Shown here piece by piece: positions 37,025 to 46,778 of a stretch of DNA of 64,000 bases. Below the pieces are notes generated by a model. It was not told the origin of the DNA, did no database searches, and worked only from the letters and a program-made list of their open reading frames with translations. The first letter of the stretch is position 1; the number at the start of each line of letters is the position of its first letter. The position numbers and the translations under genes are program-made. The DNA lies in assembly GCA_965223705.1 (NCBI GenBank), contig OZ245015.1:3136001-3200000 (forward strand), written 5' to 3'. Origin of the DNA: Myxococcota bacterium (GTDB lineage: Bacteria; Myxococcota_A; UBA9160; UBA6930).

Positions 37025-38571
37025 CAGGTGGGCCAATACGAGAGCGGGCGGCTCTCCGGGGGCGGCACGTCCCGCGTGGACAACATGTCGAGATCTTCCG
37101 CGAGAACCCGGCGGGTGTCGGCGGGGTCGATGATCTCGTCGATCCGCATCGTACCGGCCGCCTCGTAGGGACTCGTCGCTTCGGAGACTTCGCGCAAGAG
37201 ATCTGCGCGCGCCTTGTCCCGCGCCGCGTCGTCCTCGATCGCTCCGAGCTTGCTTCCGAATGCGACGTTTACGCCGACGTCGGGGTCCATGAAACCGATC
37301 TCCGCGCCGGGCCAGGCGTACAAGCCGTGGTTCGCCATACGCGAACCGTTCATCGCTTGCCAGGCGAGTCCGAAGGCCTTGCGAATGCACACCGTGAGTG
37401 TCGGCGTAGTCGCATTCTGCAGAGCCTGCATCATCCGCATGCCCCAATGGAGCATGCGGTCGTGCTCGACCCGCGTGCCCACCATGAACCCCGGAACATC
37501 GACCAGGAAAATGACGGGCAGATTGAACGCATCACAAACCGTGAGCAACCGGATGATCTTGTGGCATGCCTCGGGATCGAGCGTCCCCGCTTGAAACATC
37601 GGGTTGTTCGCGACGATACCGATCGAGTAACCGTGGAGCCGTGCCAGGGCACAGCACACGTTACGCGCGTAGGTGGGTTGGATTTCGAAAACACTCTCGG
37701 GATCGCACAGTGCCGCAACCAGTCGGCGCATGTCGTAGCCGCGGGTCCGCTTCTCCGGCACGAGCGTTTCGAGCTGCGGATCGCGCTCGGGCAGCGCGGT
37801 GACCGGCATCCGCGGCGCGGGTTCTCGTGCGTTCGTCGGCAGGTACGAGAGCCAGCGCCGGATCGCGGCGTAGGCCTCTTCGTCCGTGTCAACCCCGAGA
37901 TCGATCTGCCCCGTCTTCTTCGCGTGGACGTCGACCCCTCCGACATCTTCGAAGGAGACTTTCTCGCCGGTTGCAATTTCGAACACTTTCGGCGACGTCA
38001 CCGCGAGGCACGAGCCGCGAACCATCACGACGTAATCCGAAAGCGCGGACAGGAACGACGACCCGCCAAACGAGCGGCCGACGATCGCAGTCGCCATGGG
38101 GACTCGATGCCGGCGCTTCGCGACGTCGAACAAGCCGCCGGGTTCGGAAATCCCCTCCGATCCCATCAGGTCGGGAATCCTCCCACCGCCGGTCTCGCCG
38201 AAATGGACGATCGGGATGCTCATCGCGAGCGCGCGCTCGTAGAGACGGCTTTCTTTGCGGGTGCCTACGATCGAACTCGACCCGCGCAAGACCGTGATGT
38301 CGTCTCCGAAAATCGCGATCGGACGGCCGTCGATTCGGGCGTGGCCGCCGATCTTCCCGTCGCCCGGCGTGGTGTCGCGCACTTCGGGGCGAATCGAACG
38401 AGAGAAGGTCCCGAGTTCGCGAAAACTGTCGGCGTCGACGAGCCCATCGATGTGTTCGCGAATCGTTTTATCGCCGGAAGCGCGCATCCGGGCGACTTTG
38501 TCCGCCCCGCCCATGTCGCGACGGACCCGCTCCGCGCGGGTGTTCCGGCCCTCCGTCCGAGAACGGGTCAT
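37021..38571 (-). CDS. Carboxyltransferase-domain protein (acyl-CoA carboxylase/decarboxylase beta type)
   Basis: MGGADKV, GDDITVLRGS, GGGRI, DVPGFMVG, IIDPADTR; ATGA overlap with the OB-fold gene. Confidence 0.88.
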   Translation of the reverse strand: MTRSRTEGRNTRAERVRRDMGGADKVARMRASGDKTIREHIDGLVDADSFRELGTFSRSIRPEVRDTTPGDGKIGGHARIDGRPIAIFGDDITVLRGSSSIVGTRKESRLYERALAMSIPIVHFGETGGGRIPDLMGSEGISEPGGLFDVAKRRHRVPMATAIVGRSFGGSSFLSALSDYVVMVRGSCLAVTSPKVFEIATGEKVSFEDVGGVDVHAKKTGQIDLGVDTDEEAYAAIRRWLSYLPTNAREPAPRMPVTALPERDPQLETLVPEKRTRGYDMRRLVAALCDPESVFEIQPTYARNVCCALARLHGYSIGIVANNPMFQAGTLDPEACHKIIRLLTVCDAFNLPVIFLVDVPGFMVGTRVEHDRMLHWGMRMMQALQNATTPTLTVCIRKAFGLAWQAMNGSRMANHGLYAWPGAEIGFMDPDVGVNVAFGSKLGAIEDDAARDKARADLLREVSEATSPYEAAGTMRIDEIIDPADTRRVLAEDLDMLSTRDVPPPESRPLSYWPTC

Positions 38572-38981
38572 GCGGAAGCGCGAGGTCGGAAGAACGGAAG
38601 GCGCAGCCCGTCTTGTAGCTCGCTGAACGTCACTTCGAGTGGCATGCCGATGGATACGTCTTCGAGCGGGCAGTCGACGAGATTCGTCGTCATCCGCGGC
38701 CCTTCGTCGAGCTCGACCACGGCGATGACATAGGGGACGCGTTCCGCGAAGGCCGGATGCGTCGGGCGGCGGGCGATCGTGTAGGTGAAGAGGGTCCCTC
38801 GGCCGCTCGAAGGCACCCAGCTCAACACACGCGATCCGCACGAGCCACAGTTGTGCCGCGGATAGAAGAGATGGGTTCCGCAGCGATCGCAGCGCTGGAT
38901 GACCAACTCCTGACGCGCCGCTGCGTCCCAGAAAGGTTGCGACAGCGGGGTCGGCCGCGGCATCGGCATCGGCCGACTCAC
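38568..38981 (-). CDS. DUF35 Zn-ribbon/OB-fold protein
   Basis: PFWDAA, CDRC, CGSC, GRGTLFTYT, PYVIAVVELDEGPR. Confidence 0.92.
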   Translation of the reverse strand: MSRPMPMPRPTPLSQPFWDAAARQELVIQRCDRCGTHLFYPRHNCGSCGSRVLSWVPSSGRGTLFTYTIARRPTHPAFAERVPYVIAVVELDEGPRMTTNLVDCPLEDVSIGMPLEVTFSELQDGLRLPFFRPRASA

Positions 38982-40144
38982 GAATTCGCCCCGAGAACCA
39001 AACTCGCTTGCTCGCTCATGATTCCGCCGTTCCCGTTGACGAACGCGAACTCGAGGTTCGAAACCTGTCGCTCACCAGCGCGACCCTGGATCTGGCGGAC
39101 GGCTTCTGTGATGTGGCTGGTCCCTCCGGCGATCCCGGCCTGCCCGAACGACAGCTGCCCGCCGTGGGTGTTGAGCGGAAAATCACCGGCTGCCCGGAGA
39201 TCGTGCTCTTCCACGAATCGGCCGCCCTCGCCTTTCCCACAAAAACCGGCGTCTTCGAGCGTCAAGAGGACCGTGATCGTGTAGCAATCGTAGAGGGACG
39301 CGAGCCCGATTTGGTCACGCGAAACGCCGGCCATGGCGAAGGCCGCCTCGGCCGAAGCGGTCACGGCCGAGTGGCACAGATCCGGCGCGTAGGTGATCGA
39401 TTTGTGGGTCACGTTCTCCCCGGCCCCGAGCACGAACGCGGGCGGGTTCGGGAGCGACCGGGCTTTTTCGGCCGAAGTGACGACCAGCGCGGCACCCCCG
39501 CCCGCCGGCATCACGATTTCGAGCAGGTGCAACGGATCGACGATCATCGGCGAGGACAAGACGTCGTCGACGGTGATCGGCTGTCCGTGGAAGATGGCGG
39601 CGGGGTTTCGACACGCGTTGTCGCGCTGCTCGACCGCGATCTTGGCCAGGGTTTCCGGCGCGACGCCGTATTCGTGCTGGTAGCGCATCGCGATCTGGGC
39701 GTAACCGAAGTTCGCGCCGACCGCTCCAAAAGGCACTTCGAACTCCGAGTAGGCAGAGTGATCCTGCATCCCCTCGATCCCGTAGCTGCGGCGGCGACCG
39801 CGCCGGGACGCCGTGATGCACAGGCACGTTTCGCACATCCCGGAAGCGATGGCCTGAGCGGCCCGCCAGATCATGCCCGCGCCGGTGGCTCCCCCGAGGT
39901 CGACGGTTTCGGCGAAGCGCGCCGGGGTGCCCAGCAGCTCGATCAGGGTCGACGGCACGAGCATGGAGATGCCGCCGACGGGGTGGACGAGGAGTCCGTC
40001 GACCTCGTCAAAGCCGATCCCCGAGTCGTCGATGGCATCGAGCCCGACCCGGACCATCAGGTCGAGTGTGGATTCGTCGTCGGTGTACTTCTGGGGTGCC
40101 AGCTCCCCGACACCCACAATTGCGGCGCGTCCTCTGAAACTCAT
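38978..40144 (-). CDS. Thiolase-superfamily protein (SCP-x/Ltp2-like, no N-terminal Cys)
   Basis: AAIVGVGE, GGATG at the usual Cys position, NPAA, YDCYT, NTHGGQLS. Confidence 0.88.
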   Translation of the reverse strand: MSFRGRAAIVGVGELAPQKYTDDESTLDLMVRVGLDAIDDSGIGFDEVDGLLVHPVGGISMLVPSTLIELLGTPARFAETVDLGGATGAGMIWRAAQAIASGMCETCLCITASRRGRRRSYGIEGMQDHSAYSEFEVPFGAVGANFGYAQIAMRYQHEYGVAPETLAKIAVEQRDNACRNPAAIFHGQPITVDDVLSSPMIVDPLHLLEIVMPAGGGAALVVTSAEKARSLPNPPAFVLGAGENVTHKSITYAPDLCHSAVTASAEAAFAMAGVSRDQIGLASLYDCYTITVLLTLEDAGFCGKGEGGRFVEEHDLRAAGDFPLNTHGGQLSFGQAGIAGGTSHITEAVRQIQGRAGERQVSNLEFAFVNGNGGIMSEQASLVLGANS

Positions 40145-40184
40145 GGCAATTCATGCTACAGGATCCCCCGAAAGGGAGGAAACC

Positions 40185-41165
40185 ATGCGCGCTGTACTGT
40201 GCCGAGAGTTTGGACCGCCGCGGTCCCTTAAGATCGAAGAAATCGACGATCCCGAGCCGAGCGCCGACGAGGTGCTGATCGACGTCGCGGCCTGTGGCAT
40301 GAACTATCCCGACGTCCTGATGTGCCTCGGAAAGTATCAAGCGATTCCGCCCTTCCCGTTCAGTCCGGGGACGGAAATCGCCGGGCGCATCCGCCAAGTC
40401 GGCGCGAACGTCAGCGGCTACAGCGTGGGTCAGCCGGTCGTCGCGACGGTGTGGGCGGGCGGACTCGCGGAGCGAGCGGTCGCGAAGCCCGACCAGCTAC
40501 GCGCGGTGCCAGAAGGTATGGCACTGTCCACGGCGGCGGCCATCAACGTGACCTACGGGACGTCGTACTACGCGCTCAAGCAACGCGCCAACCTCAAGCC
40601 CGGCGACGATCTCTTCGTCCTGGGCGCCGCGGGAGGCGTCGGCCTTTCCGCCGTCGAGCTCGGCAAGGCGATGGGCGCGCGTGTCATCGCCGGCGCGAGT
40701 AGCGACGAGAAGCTCGAAATCGCGCGCGCGTCGGGGGCCGATGACCTCGTCAACTACAGCGACGGCGAGTTCAAGGAAAAGGTGAAAGCACTGACGGACG
40801 GCAAGGGAGCGGACGTCATCTACGACCCGATCGGCGGCGACCTGTTCGATCAGTGCATGCGCTGCGTCGCGTGGGACGGTCGCGTGCTCGTGATCGGCTT
40901 CATTCAGGGAATTCCCAAAGTGCCGACGAACTTGGCGTTGCTGAAGGGGTCTTCCGTTGTCGGAGTCTTCTTCGGCGATTGGACGCGGCGCGATCCCGAA
41001 GGCGCCGCCAAGAACCTCGCGGAGCTGCAAGCCATGTTCGAAAAAGGCACGCTCAAGCCCCATATCGGCGGGACCTATCCACTCGAGGGGTTTGCCGACG
41101 CCCTCGAAGATCTGTGGGAGCGCCGCGCCGTCGGAAAACTCGTCGTCGAAATCGCACCGGAGTAG
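40185..41165 (+). CDS. NADPH:quinone oxidoreductase (MDR/zeta-crystallin family)
   Basis: GKYQ..PPFPFSPG.E, GAAGGVG, GADVIYDPIGG, GKLVV. Confidence 0.92.
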   Translation: MRAVLCREFGPPRSLKIEEIDDPEPSADEVLIDVAACGMNYPDVLMCLGKYQAIPPFPFSPGTEIAGRIRQVGANVSGYSVGQPVVATVWAGGLAERAVAKPDQLRAVPEGMALSTAAAINVTYGTSYYALKQRANLKPGDDLFVLGAAGGVGLSAVELGKAMGARVIAGASSDEKLEIARASGADDLVNYSDGEFKEKVKALTDGKGADVIYDPIGGDLFDQCMRCVAWDGRVLVIGFIQGIPKVPTNLALLKGSSVVGVFFGDWTRRDPEGAAKNLAELQAMFEKGTLKPHIGGTYPLEGFADALEDLWERRAVGKLVVEIAPE

Positions 41166-41183
41166 ACGTCTTCCGCGCGGGGA

Positions 41184-42269
41184 CTAGCCGGCTTCGTAGA
41201 TGAGTTCTCCTGAAGCGCTCTCGTGGCGTGACGCTTTTTGCGTCTGCCGCAGGTGCTCGAGGTGAGCGTAGGTCTCACTCTCGGCCATCGATCCCCACGC
41301 TTTTTTGCGAAAGAGCTTCCGGGAAAAGGCCGCGACAGTCGCCGGGCCCAGCTCGCGCCCGATGTCCTCAACGCGGGCGAGCCGGTCGATGTGGTGTTCG
41401 CGAATCGCGCGCGCTCGCGCGGCCAGGTCTTCGAACGGGTGTCCGTGGGCGGGAAGCACGTGATCGACATCCGGAAGCTCGGCGACCTGATCGAGTGAAT
41501 CGAAGAACGCGTTGAGCGGGTCGGCCGCCAGCGCCAATCCCGAGATGTGCGGCGTGATCGTGGGTAAGACGTGATCTCCCGAAAGGAAAACGCCTTCCTC
41601 GCGATCGTGCAGGCAAATGTGGTCTTCGGTATGGCCGGGGGTGTGCTCCACTCGCCACTCGCGGCCGGCCAAACGGAGCACGTCGCCCGCTTTCACCGGC
41701 CGGGAAATCGGCGGGACGATGCTCCCGCGCAGCGTTGAGAACGCGGCCCATTTGAGGCGCGTCTTCCACGTCGGGCGCGGTGGTGCACCACCCCACGGTG
41801 CCGGACGATCCCACACATCCCGCGGATCGCGCAGCGTCCGCCCTTGGAGCGCTCCGCCCTCATGGACACGCGCATCGCGGGAATCCGCGAGATCGTCCGC
41901 CGAGACCTCGGGGTGACTCGGTGCGGCGACCCCGAATCGGAAACTCCGATGCGCGACGATCTCCGCACCCGCTTCTTTCGCCAGCCGCGTCGCACCACCG
42001 AAATGATCTGCGTGCGAATGGGTCACAATGACGGTGTGAATGTTCCGGACATGCAACCCGGCTTGCCGCAGCCGTCCCTTGAGCGCGTACCAATTGAACG
42101 GACCGGGAAGCCCCGGATCGACGAGCGCCGCGCCCTCGCCATCGATGAGCGCGTAGCAGTTGACGTGCCCGAGCCCGGGCATGCGAATCGGCAGCTCCAT
42201 GCGGAGCACGTTCGGTCCGACCTCGGTCACTTCGGAACGGGCCGGTTCTTGCTCTTGTCGTTTTGCCAT
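41184..42269 (-). CDS. Metallo-beta-lactamase fold hydrolase
   Basis: THSHADHFGG, TPGHT, SGDHVL, PAHG; ATG at 42269. Confidence 0.9.
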   Translation of the reverse strand: MAKRQEQEPARSEVTEVGPNVLRMELPIRMPGLGHVNCYALIDGEGAALVDPGLPGPFNWYALKGRLRQAGLHVRNIHTVIVTHSHADHFGGATRLAKEAGAEIVAHRSFRFGVAAPSHPEVSADDLADSRDARVHEGGALQGRTLRDPRDVWDRPAPWGGAPPRPTWKTRLKWAAFSTLRGSIVPPISRPVKAGDVLRLAGREWRVEHTPGHTEDHICLHDREEGVFLSGDHVLPTITPHISGLALAADPLNAFFDSLDQVAELPDVDHVLPAHGHPFEDLAARARAIREHHIDRLARVEDIGRELGPATVAAFSRKLFRKKAWGSMAESETYAHLEHLRQTQKASRHESASGELIYEAG

Positions 42270-42355
42270 CGGTGGACCGTAATCGATCTCGTCGCCCGCG
42301 GCACAAACGACCTCGAGGGGTTGGCAACCCGCGACGAGCGGGCCAACCTCGCTGT

Positions 42356-42976
42356 GTGACGGCTTCGCTCGACCACAAGCGCCACGCGCCGGCGACCGAT
42401 CGCAACCGAGACGCAATTCTGACGCACCTCCGCGTGCTCTTCCGCGATGTCGCGTCCGTACTCGAAATCGCGTCCGGCACGGGTCAACACGCGGCGTACT
42501 TCGGAGAAGCGCTCCCGCACCTGCGCTGGCATCCGAGCGATGTCGACCCGGAGAATCTCGCCTCGATCGACGCCTGGGCTCGAGAGCACGCCGTCGCCAA
42601 CGTCGCCCGCGCCGTGCGCCTCGACACCACCGAGCCGGCTTGGCCGGTGGCGTCAGCCGATGCGATCTTTTGCGCGAACATGATCCACATCTCGCCATTC
42701 GCGTCGTGTCTCGGGTTACTCGACGGAGCCCAGCGGACGCTGCCTCACGGCGGCCCACTGGTCCTCTACGGGCCCTACCGAATCGGCGGCGCGCACACCG
42801 CCCCGAGCAACGCCGCGTTCGACGCATCGCTCAAGAAGCGCGATGCGCGCTGGGGTGTTCGAGACCTCGAAACCGTCCGTGAGGAAGCGTCTACCCGTGG
42901 ATTGACGCTGCGAGAACGGTTCGAGATGCCGGCCAACAACCAGCTCGTGGTCTTCGAGAAAGAGCGCGCCGGCTAG
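42356..42976 (+). CDS. DUF938 SAM-dependent methyltransferase-like protein
   Basis: APATDRNRDAIL, LEIASGTGQH, NMIHISP, YGPY, FDASL..R...WGVRD, MPANN. Confidence 0.9.
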   Translation: MTASLDHKRHAPATDRNRDAILTHLRVLFRDVASVLEIASGTGQHAAYFGEALPHLRWHPSDVDPENLASIDAWAREHAVANVARAVRLDTTEPAWPVASADAIFCANMIHISPFASCLGLLDGAQRTLPHGGPLVLYGPYRIGGAHTAPSNAAFDASLKKRDARWGVRDLETVREEASTRGLTLRERFEMPANNQLVVFEKERAG

Positions 42977-43836
42977 TCCTGTAGATGCGTAGCGAACCAG
43001 CGCGTCGCGGCTGCCGCGGCGGTGGGTAGGTCCTTCATATAGACGTCGTAGTGGCGACAATCGATCCGCACCAGCTCGTTCTGCCCCCCCGCGTCTCGCA
43101 TCGCTTCGAGCTGCCACGCCGTCGGTGTTTGCGTGTCGTTGTCGGCGACGATCATCATGAGCGGCGTCGGTGCGATGTCAGCGACAAATGATTGAGGCTC
43201 GTAGGAGCGCAAGAGATCGAAGCTTCGCACTGTGAGGCAATTCACGTACCGGCCATCGACGTCGTTGGCTTGAATCCACTCGTCGGTTTCGGTGCCCGGA
43301 ACCGCGGCGGGCGTCGTCGCGGGCACCCCGCCCGCTGCGCGGGCGTCGCGATCGGCCGACAGCCGTTCCAAAAAACGCGCGCGTTTCTCTTCGGGGACCC
43401 ACGCCTCGAACGTGCGCCGCCCGCTGATGAGCGGCACTTGTGAGACCGCACACCGAACCCGCCGATCGAGGGCGGTGACGGTGAGGACGTGGCCGCCGGC
43501 GTAACTCGTTCCCCATAGGCCCAAGCGGTCGCCGTCGATGCCCGGGAGCGACCTGACAAACGAGATTGCTTCGCGCATATCGGCGACCTGGCGCCAGGGG
43601 TCACTCTCGCACCGCGGCCACCCCCCGCTGTCGCCCCAGTTGCGGTGGTCATAGGCAAAGCACGCGAAGCCCGCGGCCGTAAACGCCTCGGCGTAGCGCG
43701 GCAGGTCGAGGGCGGCGATACCGGAGAGTCCATGGCTCAAAACGATCACCGGGTGCGGCCCCTCACCCCCGGGTCGCGTGAGCCACCCTGCGAGTCGCGT
43801 TCCGTCCGAATCGAACGTGATGGGCTGTCGTTCCAT
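42973..43836 (-). CDS. Alpha/beta-fold hydrolase
   Basis: HG, YDHRNWGDSGG, GTSYAG nucleophile, D, HYDVY. Confidence 0.88.
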   Translation of the reverse strand: MERQPITFDSDGTRLAGWLTRPGGEGPHPVIVLSHGLSGIAALDLPRYAEAFTAAGFACFAYDHRNWGDSGGWPRCESDPWRQVADMREAISFVRSLPGIDGDRLGLWGTSYAGGHVLTVTALDRRVRCAVSQVPLISGRRTFEAWVPEEKRARFLERLSADRDARAAGGVPATTPAAVPGTETDEWIQANDVDGRYVNCLTVRSFDLLRSYEPQSFVADIAPTPLMMIVADNDTQTPTAWQLEAMRDAGGQNELVRIDCRHYDVYMKDLPTAAAAATRWFATHLQD

Positions 43837-43924
43837 AGCGGGACTCCCTTCGGGCTATAGTCGCGATATGGTACTGCGCGCAACCGAGCGGTTGGGCACG
43901 AATGTGCTGCCGCGTTTTCCGTAA

Positions 43925-44668
43925 GTGACGGCGAAGCCCTCCCCGTATCCCGCACCTCTGTTCGACGGGATTCACCGCGGAAACCCCGGAGATGTCGCGT
44001 TCTATCGGCGCGCCTGCGAAGGCATCGATTGCGTGCTCGAAATCGGTTGCGGTACCGGTCGGGTGGCCGGCGCGTTGTCCAACGGTGGAACGTCCGTCGT
44101 CGGTTTCGATCTCGATCGGGAGCGCGTCGAGATCGCGCGAACGCGGGGCATCCACGCGGAGGTCGCGGACCTCCGCGACTTCTCGCTGGGTCGCCGGTTC
44201 GAGCGAATCATCGCTCCCTACAACACACTCTATTGCCTACTCGACGAAGACGATCTGCTGGCTTGTCTGACGCGCGTGCGCGATCACTTGGACCCGCGCG
44301 GGCGATTCATTTTCGACGGATACGCCGCGGACGCGCAGCACTACGGTGCCAGCGAGGAAGAGGCGCGCGCCGAGACCGTGGAGTTTGTCGGCTCGGTGGA
44401 ATTTCAGGGCCGGGTCTACGACGTGCTGGAACACGGGCGCTGGGACCGCCCTTCTCAAGTGGTCGAAGCGCACTACGAACACATCCCTCGCGGCCCGGGC
44501 GAGCGCATCGAGGCGTTTCTTCCTCAACGCTATTTGCTTCGCGAGCAGATCGATCGAGTCTTCACGGAAGCGGGTCTAGCGCCGCTGTCGGTGCATGGGG
44601 ATTTTAGTGGCGGGGCCTACCAACCCGATTCGGATCACTTTGTGGTTTGCGCTTCTCCGATGCCCTAG
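43925..44668 (+). CDS. Class I SAM-dependent methyltransferase
   Basis: DVAFY, VLEIGCGTGRV, ADLRDF, HL.P.GRF. Confidence 0.88.
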   Translation: MTAKPSPYPAPLFDGIHRGNPGDVAFYRRACEGIDCVLEIGCGTGRVAGALSNGGTSVVGFDLDRERVEIARTRGIHAEVADLRDFSLGRRFERIIAPYNTLYCLLDEDDLLACLTRVRDHLDPRGRFIFDGYAADAQHYGASEEEARAETVEFVGSVEFQGRVYDVLEHGRWDRPSQVVEAHYEHIPRGPGERIEAFLPQRYLLREQIDRVFTEAGLAPLSVHGDFSGGAYQPDSDHFVVCASPMP

Positions 44669-45696
44669 CCGCGTTCGATCACGACCTTGCCGAAGTGCGC
44701 ACCGCTTTGGAGGTGCGCGTACGCGGCCTTGACGTCCGCGAGATCGCCGAAATCGAAGCGTCGGTCGATCACGGGCTGTAGGCGTGAGGCTTCCATCGCG
44801 CGGTTCATATCGCGGAACATCGCGCGACTTCCGACGAAGATTCCGCGCAACGTAATCGCGTTCAAGATCGTGTCGATCGACGTAAAGCCGCCTTCGATTC
44901 CGGTCAGTACGCCGATCAGGCTCACCGTGCCGCCGATGGCCGAGGATTGAATCGACTTTTCGAGCGTCCCGACGCCGCCGACCTCGATGACCTGATCGAC
45001 ACCGCGCCCGTCCGACCACGCGCGGACCGCTTGCTCCCAATCGGGCGTCGCGCGGTAGTTGATGGTCTCGTCCGCCCCCAGCGCGCGGGCGCGCTCGAGC
45101 TTGTCGTCGGAGCTACTCGTCGCGACGACCTGGCAGCCGGCGGCCTTGGCGAGCTGGAGCGCAAAAATTGAAACGCCTCCCGTCCCCAGTACGAGAACGG
45201 ACTGGCCGGCGGTGAGACCGCCGGCGGTCAATGCTTGCCAGGCCGTCACGGCCGCGCAGGGCAGCGTCGCGGCCTCCGCAATGGACATGTGCTTCGGAGC
45301 GTGCACCCAACCGCGTTCCGGCAGGACGACGCGTTCCGCAAGGGTGCCGTCGATCCCGCCGCCCAGCGCGCTGCAGAAATCCGCTTCGCTGGCGTTGCCG
45401 CGCTCCCAGTCGCGAAAGAAGCACGACGCGACGGCGTCGCCGACGCGGAAGTCGCGCACCGCAGAACCCACTTCGACGACTTCACCAGCACCGTCCGAGA
45501 GGGGGACGAGCGGAGGATTTCGCACGATCTTGTCGTTCCGCGCGTAACCGCCGCTCGGAACGCCGAGATCGCGAAAGTTGAGAGACCAGGCCTTCATCTC
45601 GACCCGGACGTCGTCCGGACCGAGCTCGGGTTCGGCGACATCGGCGACCTCGAGGGCGTCGATGCCTTTGGGCTCAGAGAATTGATACGTCTTCAC
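44665..45696 (-). CDS. NAD(P)-dependent MDR alcohol dehydrogenase-like oxidoreductase
   Basis: SLNFRD, PLSDGAGEV, LPCAAVTAW, GTGGVS, HFGKVVI; GTG start at 45696. Confidence 0.9.
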   Translation of the reverse strand: MKTYQFSEPKGIDALEVADVAEPELGPDDVRVEMKAWSLNFRDLGVPSGGYARNDKIVRNPPLVPLSDGAGEVVEVGSAVRDFRVGDAVASCFFRDWERGNASEADFCSALGGGIDGTLAERVVLPERGWVHAPKHMSIAEAATLPCAAVTAWQALTAGGLTAGQSVLVLGTGGVSIFALQLAKAAGCQVVATSSSDDKLERARALGADETINYRATPDWEQAVRAWSDGRGVDQVIEVGGVGTLEKSIQSSAIGGTVSLIGVLTGIEGGFTSIDTILNAITLRGIFVGSRAMFRDMNRAMEASRLQPVIDRRFDFGDLADVKAAYAHLQSGAHFGKVVIERG

Positions 45697-45764
45697 AGGA
45701 TCCTCCAGTGGCCGGCGGGTCAGCGTACCAGAGTTCAACTAAAGTGGTTTTCCCAGGAGGACCC

Positions 45765-46778
45765 ATGGCACCGAACCCCCTCGATGGTTTCTCGATCGAC
45801 CCCGGCCGACTCGCGACGATCGGTCGGGACCTGCAACGCCCGGAATGCATTCTGGCGGAGCCCGACGGGACGCTGTGGTCCGCCGATGCCCGCGGCGGTG
45901 TCGTCCGCATCGCTCCCGATGGAAGCCAGACGATCATCACGCAGAGCCACGCGTCGTCTTTTTCCGAGGCTTCCGATGACGCGACGCGTTTCGTCGAGGG
46001 CACGCTCCCGAACGGCCTCGCATTCGCCGACAACGGCGACATCGTGATCTCGAACTTCGGGACCGACTGTCTCGAGCGCATGACCCGCGACGGGAAGACC
46101 GAACTTCTGTTCGATACGTTCGAGGGCGAGCCCATCGGCAAGGTCAATTTCGTCGCACGCGACAGTCGAGACCGCCTTTGGATCACCGTGTCGACGATGA
46201 TCCACGACTGGCCGTCGGCGATCAGTCCGAACATCATCGACGGCCGCGTTCTGCTCTACGACCGGGGAGTCGTGCGCCTCGTGGCCGACGGCATTCACTT
46301 CGCGAACGAATGCAAGCTCGACGCAAACGAAGAACATCTCTACGTGGTGCAAACCTGCGGTCGCAACGTGTTGCGCTTCCGCATCGAACACGATGGCTCG
46401 CTCACCCGCCGCGAGATCTTCGGCCCCGAAGATCACGGGACCTTTCTCGACGGGATCGCGTTCGATGTGCACGGCAACCTGTGGGGAACCCACGTCATGA
46501 CGGACCGCGTCTTTGCCATCACGCCCGACGGAGAACTCCGCATCCTCCTCGACGACACGACACCCGAGGAAATCCAAAAGGTCGATGCCGCGTTTCAGCG
46601 GGATGAAGCGACGACGGAGCTTCTACTCTCGTGCGGCGGGCAGGTCGCGCCTTGGATGGCCAGTATCACGTTTGGCGGTTCCGACCTCCGAACCGTCTAC
46701 ATCGGCAGCTTGCGCGGCACGACGATCCCCTACTTCCGGTCGCCGGTGGCCGGTCTACCCCTGGTACACTGGAGCTAG
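45765..46778 (+). CDS. SMP-30/gluconolactonase family beta-propeller
   Basis: RPEC, PNG, FANE, DGIAFD..GNLW, SITFGG.DL.T.YI. Confidence 0.88.
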   Translation: MAPNPLDGFSIDPGRLATIGRDLQRPECILAEPDGTLWSADARGGVVRIAPDGSQTIITQSHASSFSEASDDATRFVEGTLPNGLAFADNGDIVISNFGTDCLERMTRDGKTELLFDTFEGEPIGKVNFVARDSRDRLWITVSTMIHDWPSAISPNIIDGRVLLYDRGVVRLVADGIHFANECKLDANEEHLYVVQTCGRNVLRFRIEHDGSLTRREIFGPEDHGTFLDGIAFDVHGNLWGTHVMTDRVFAITPDGELRILLDDTTPEEIQKVDAAFQRDEATTELLLSCGGQVAPWMASITFGGSDLRTVYIGSLRGTTIPYFRSPVAGLPLVHWS

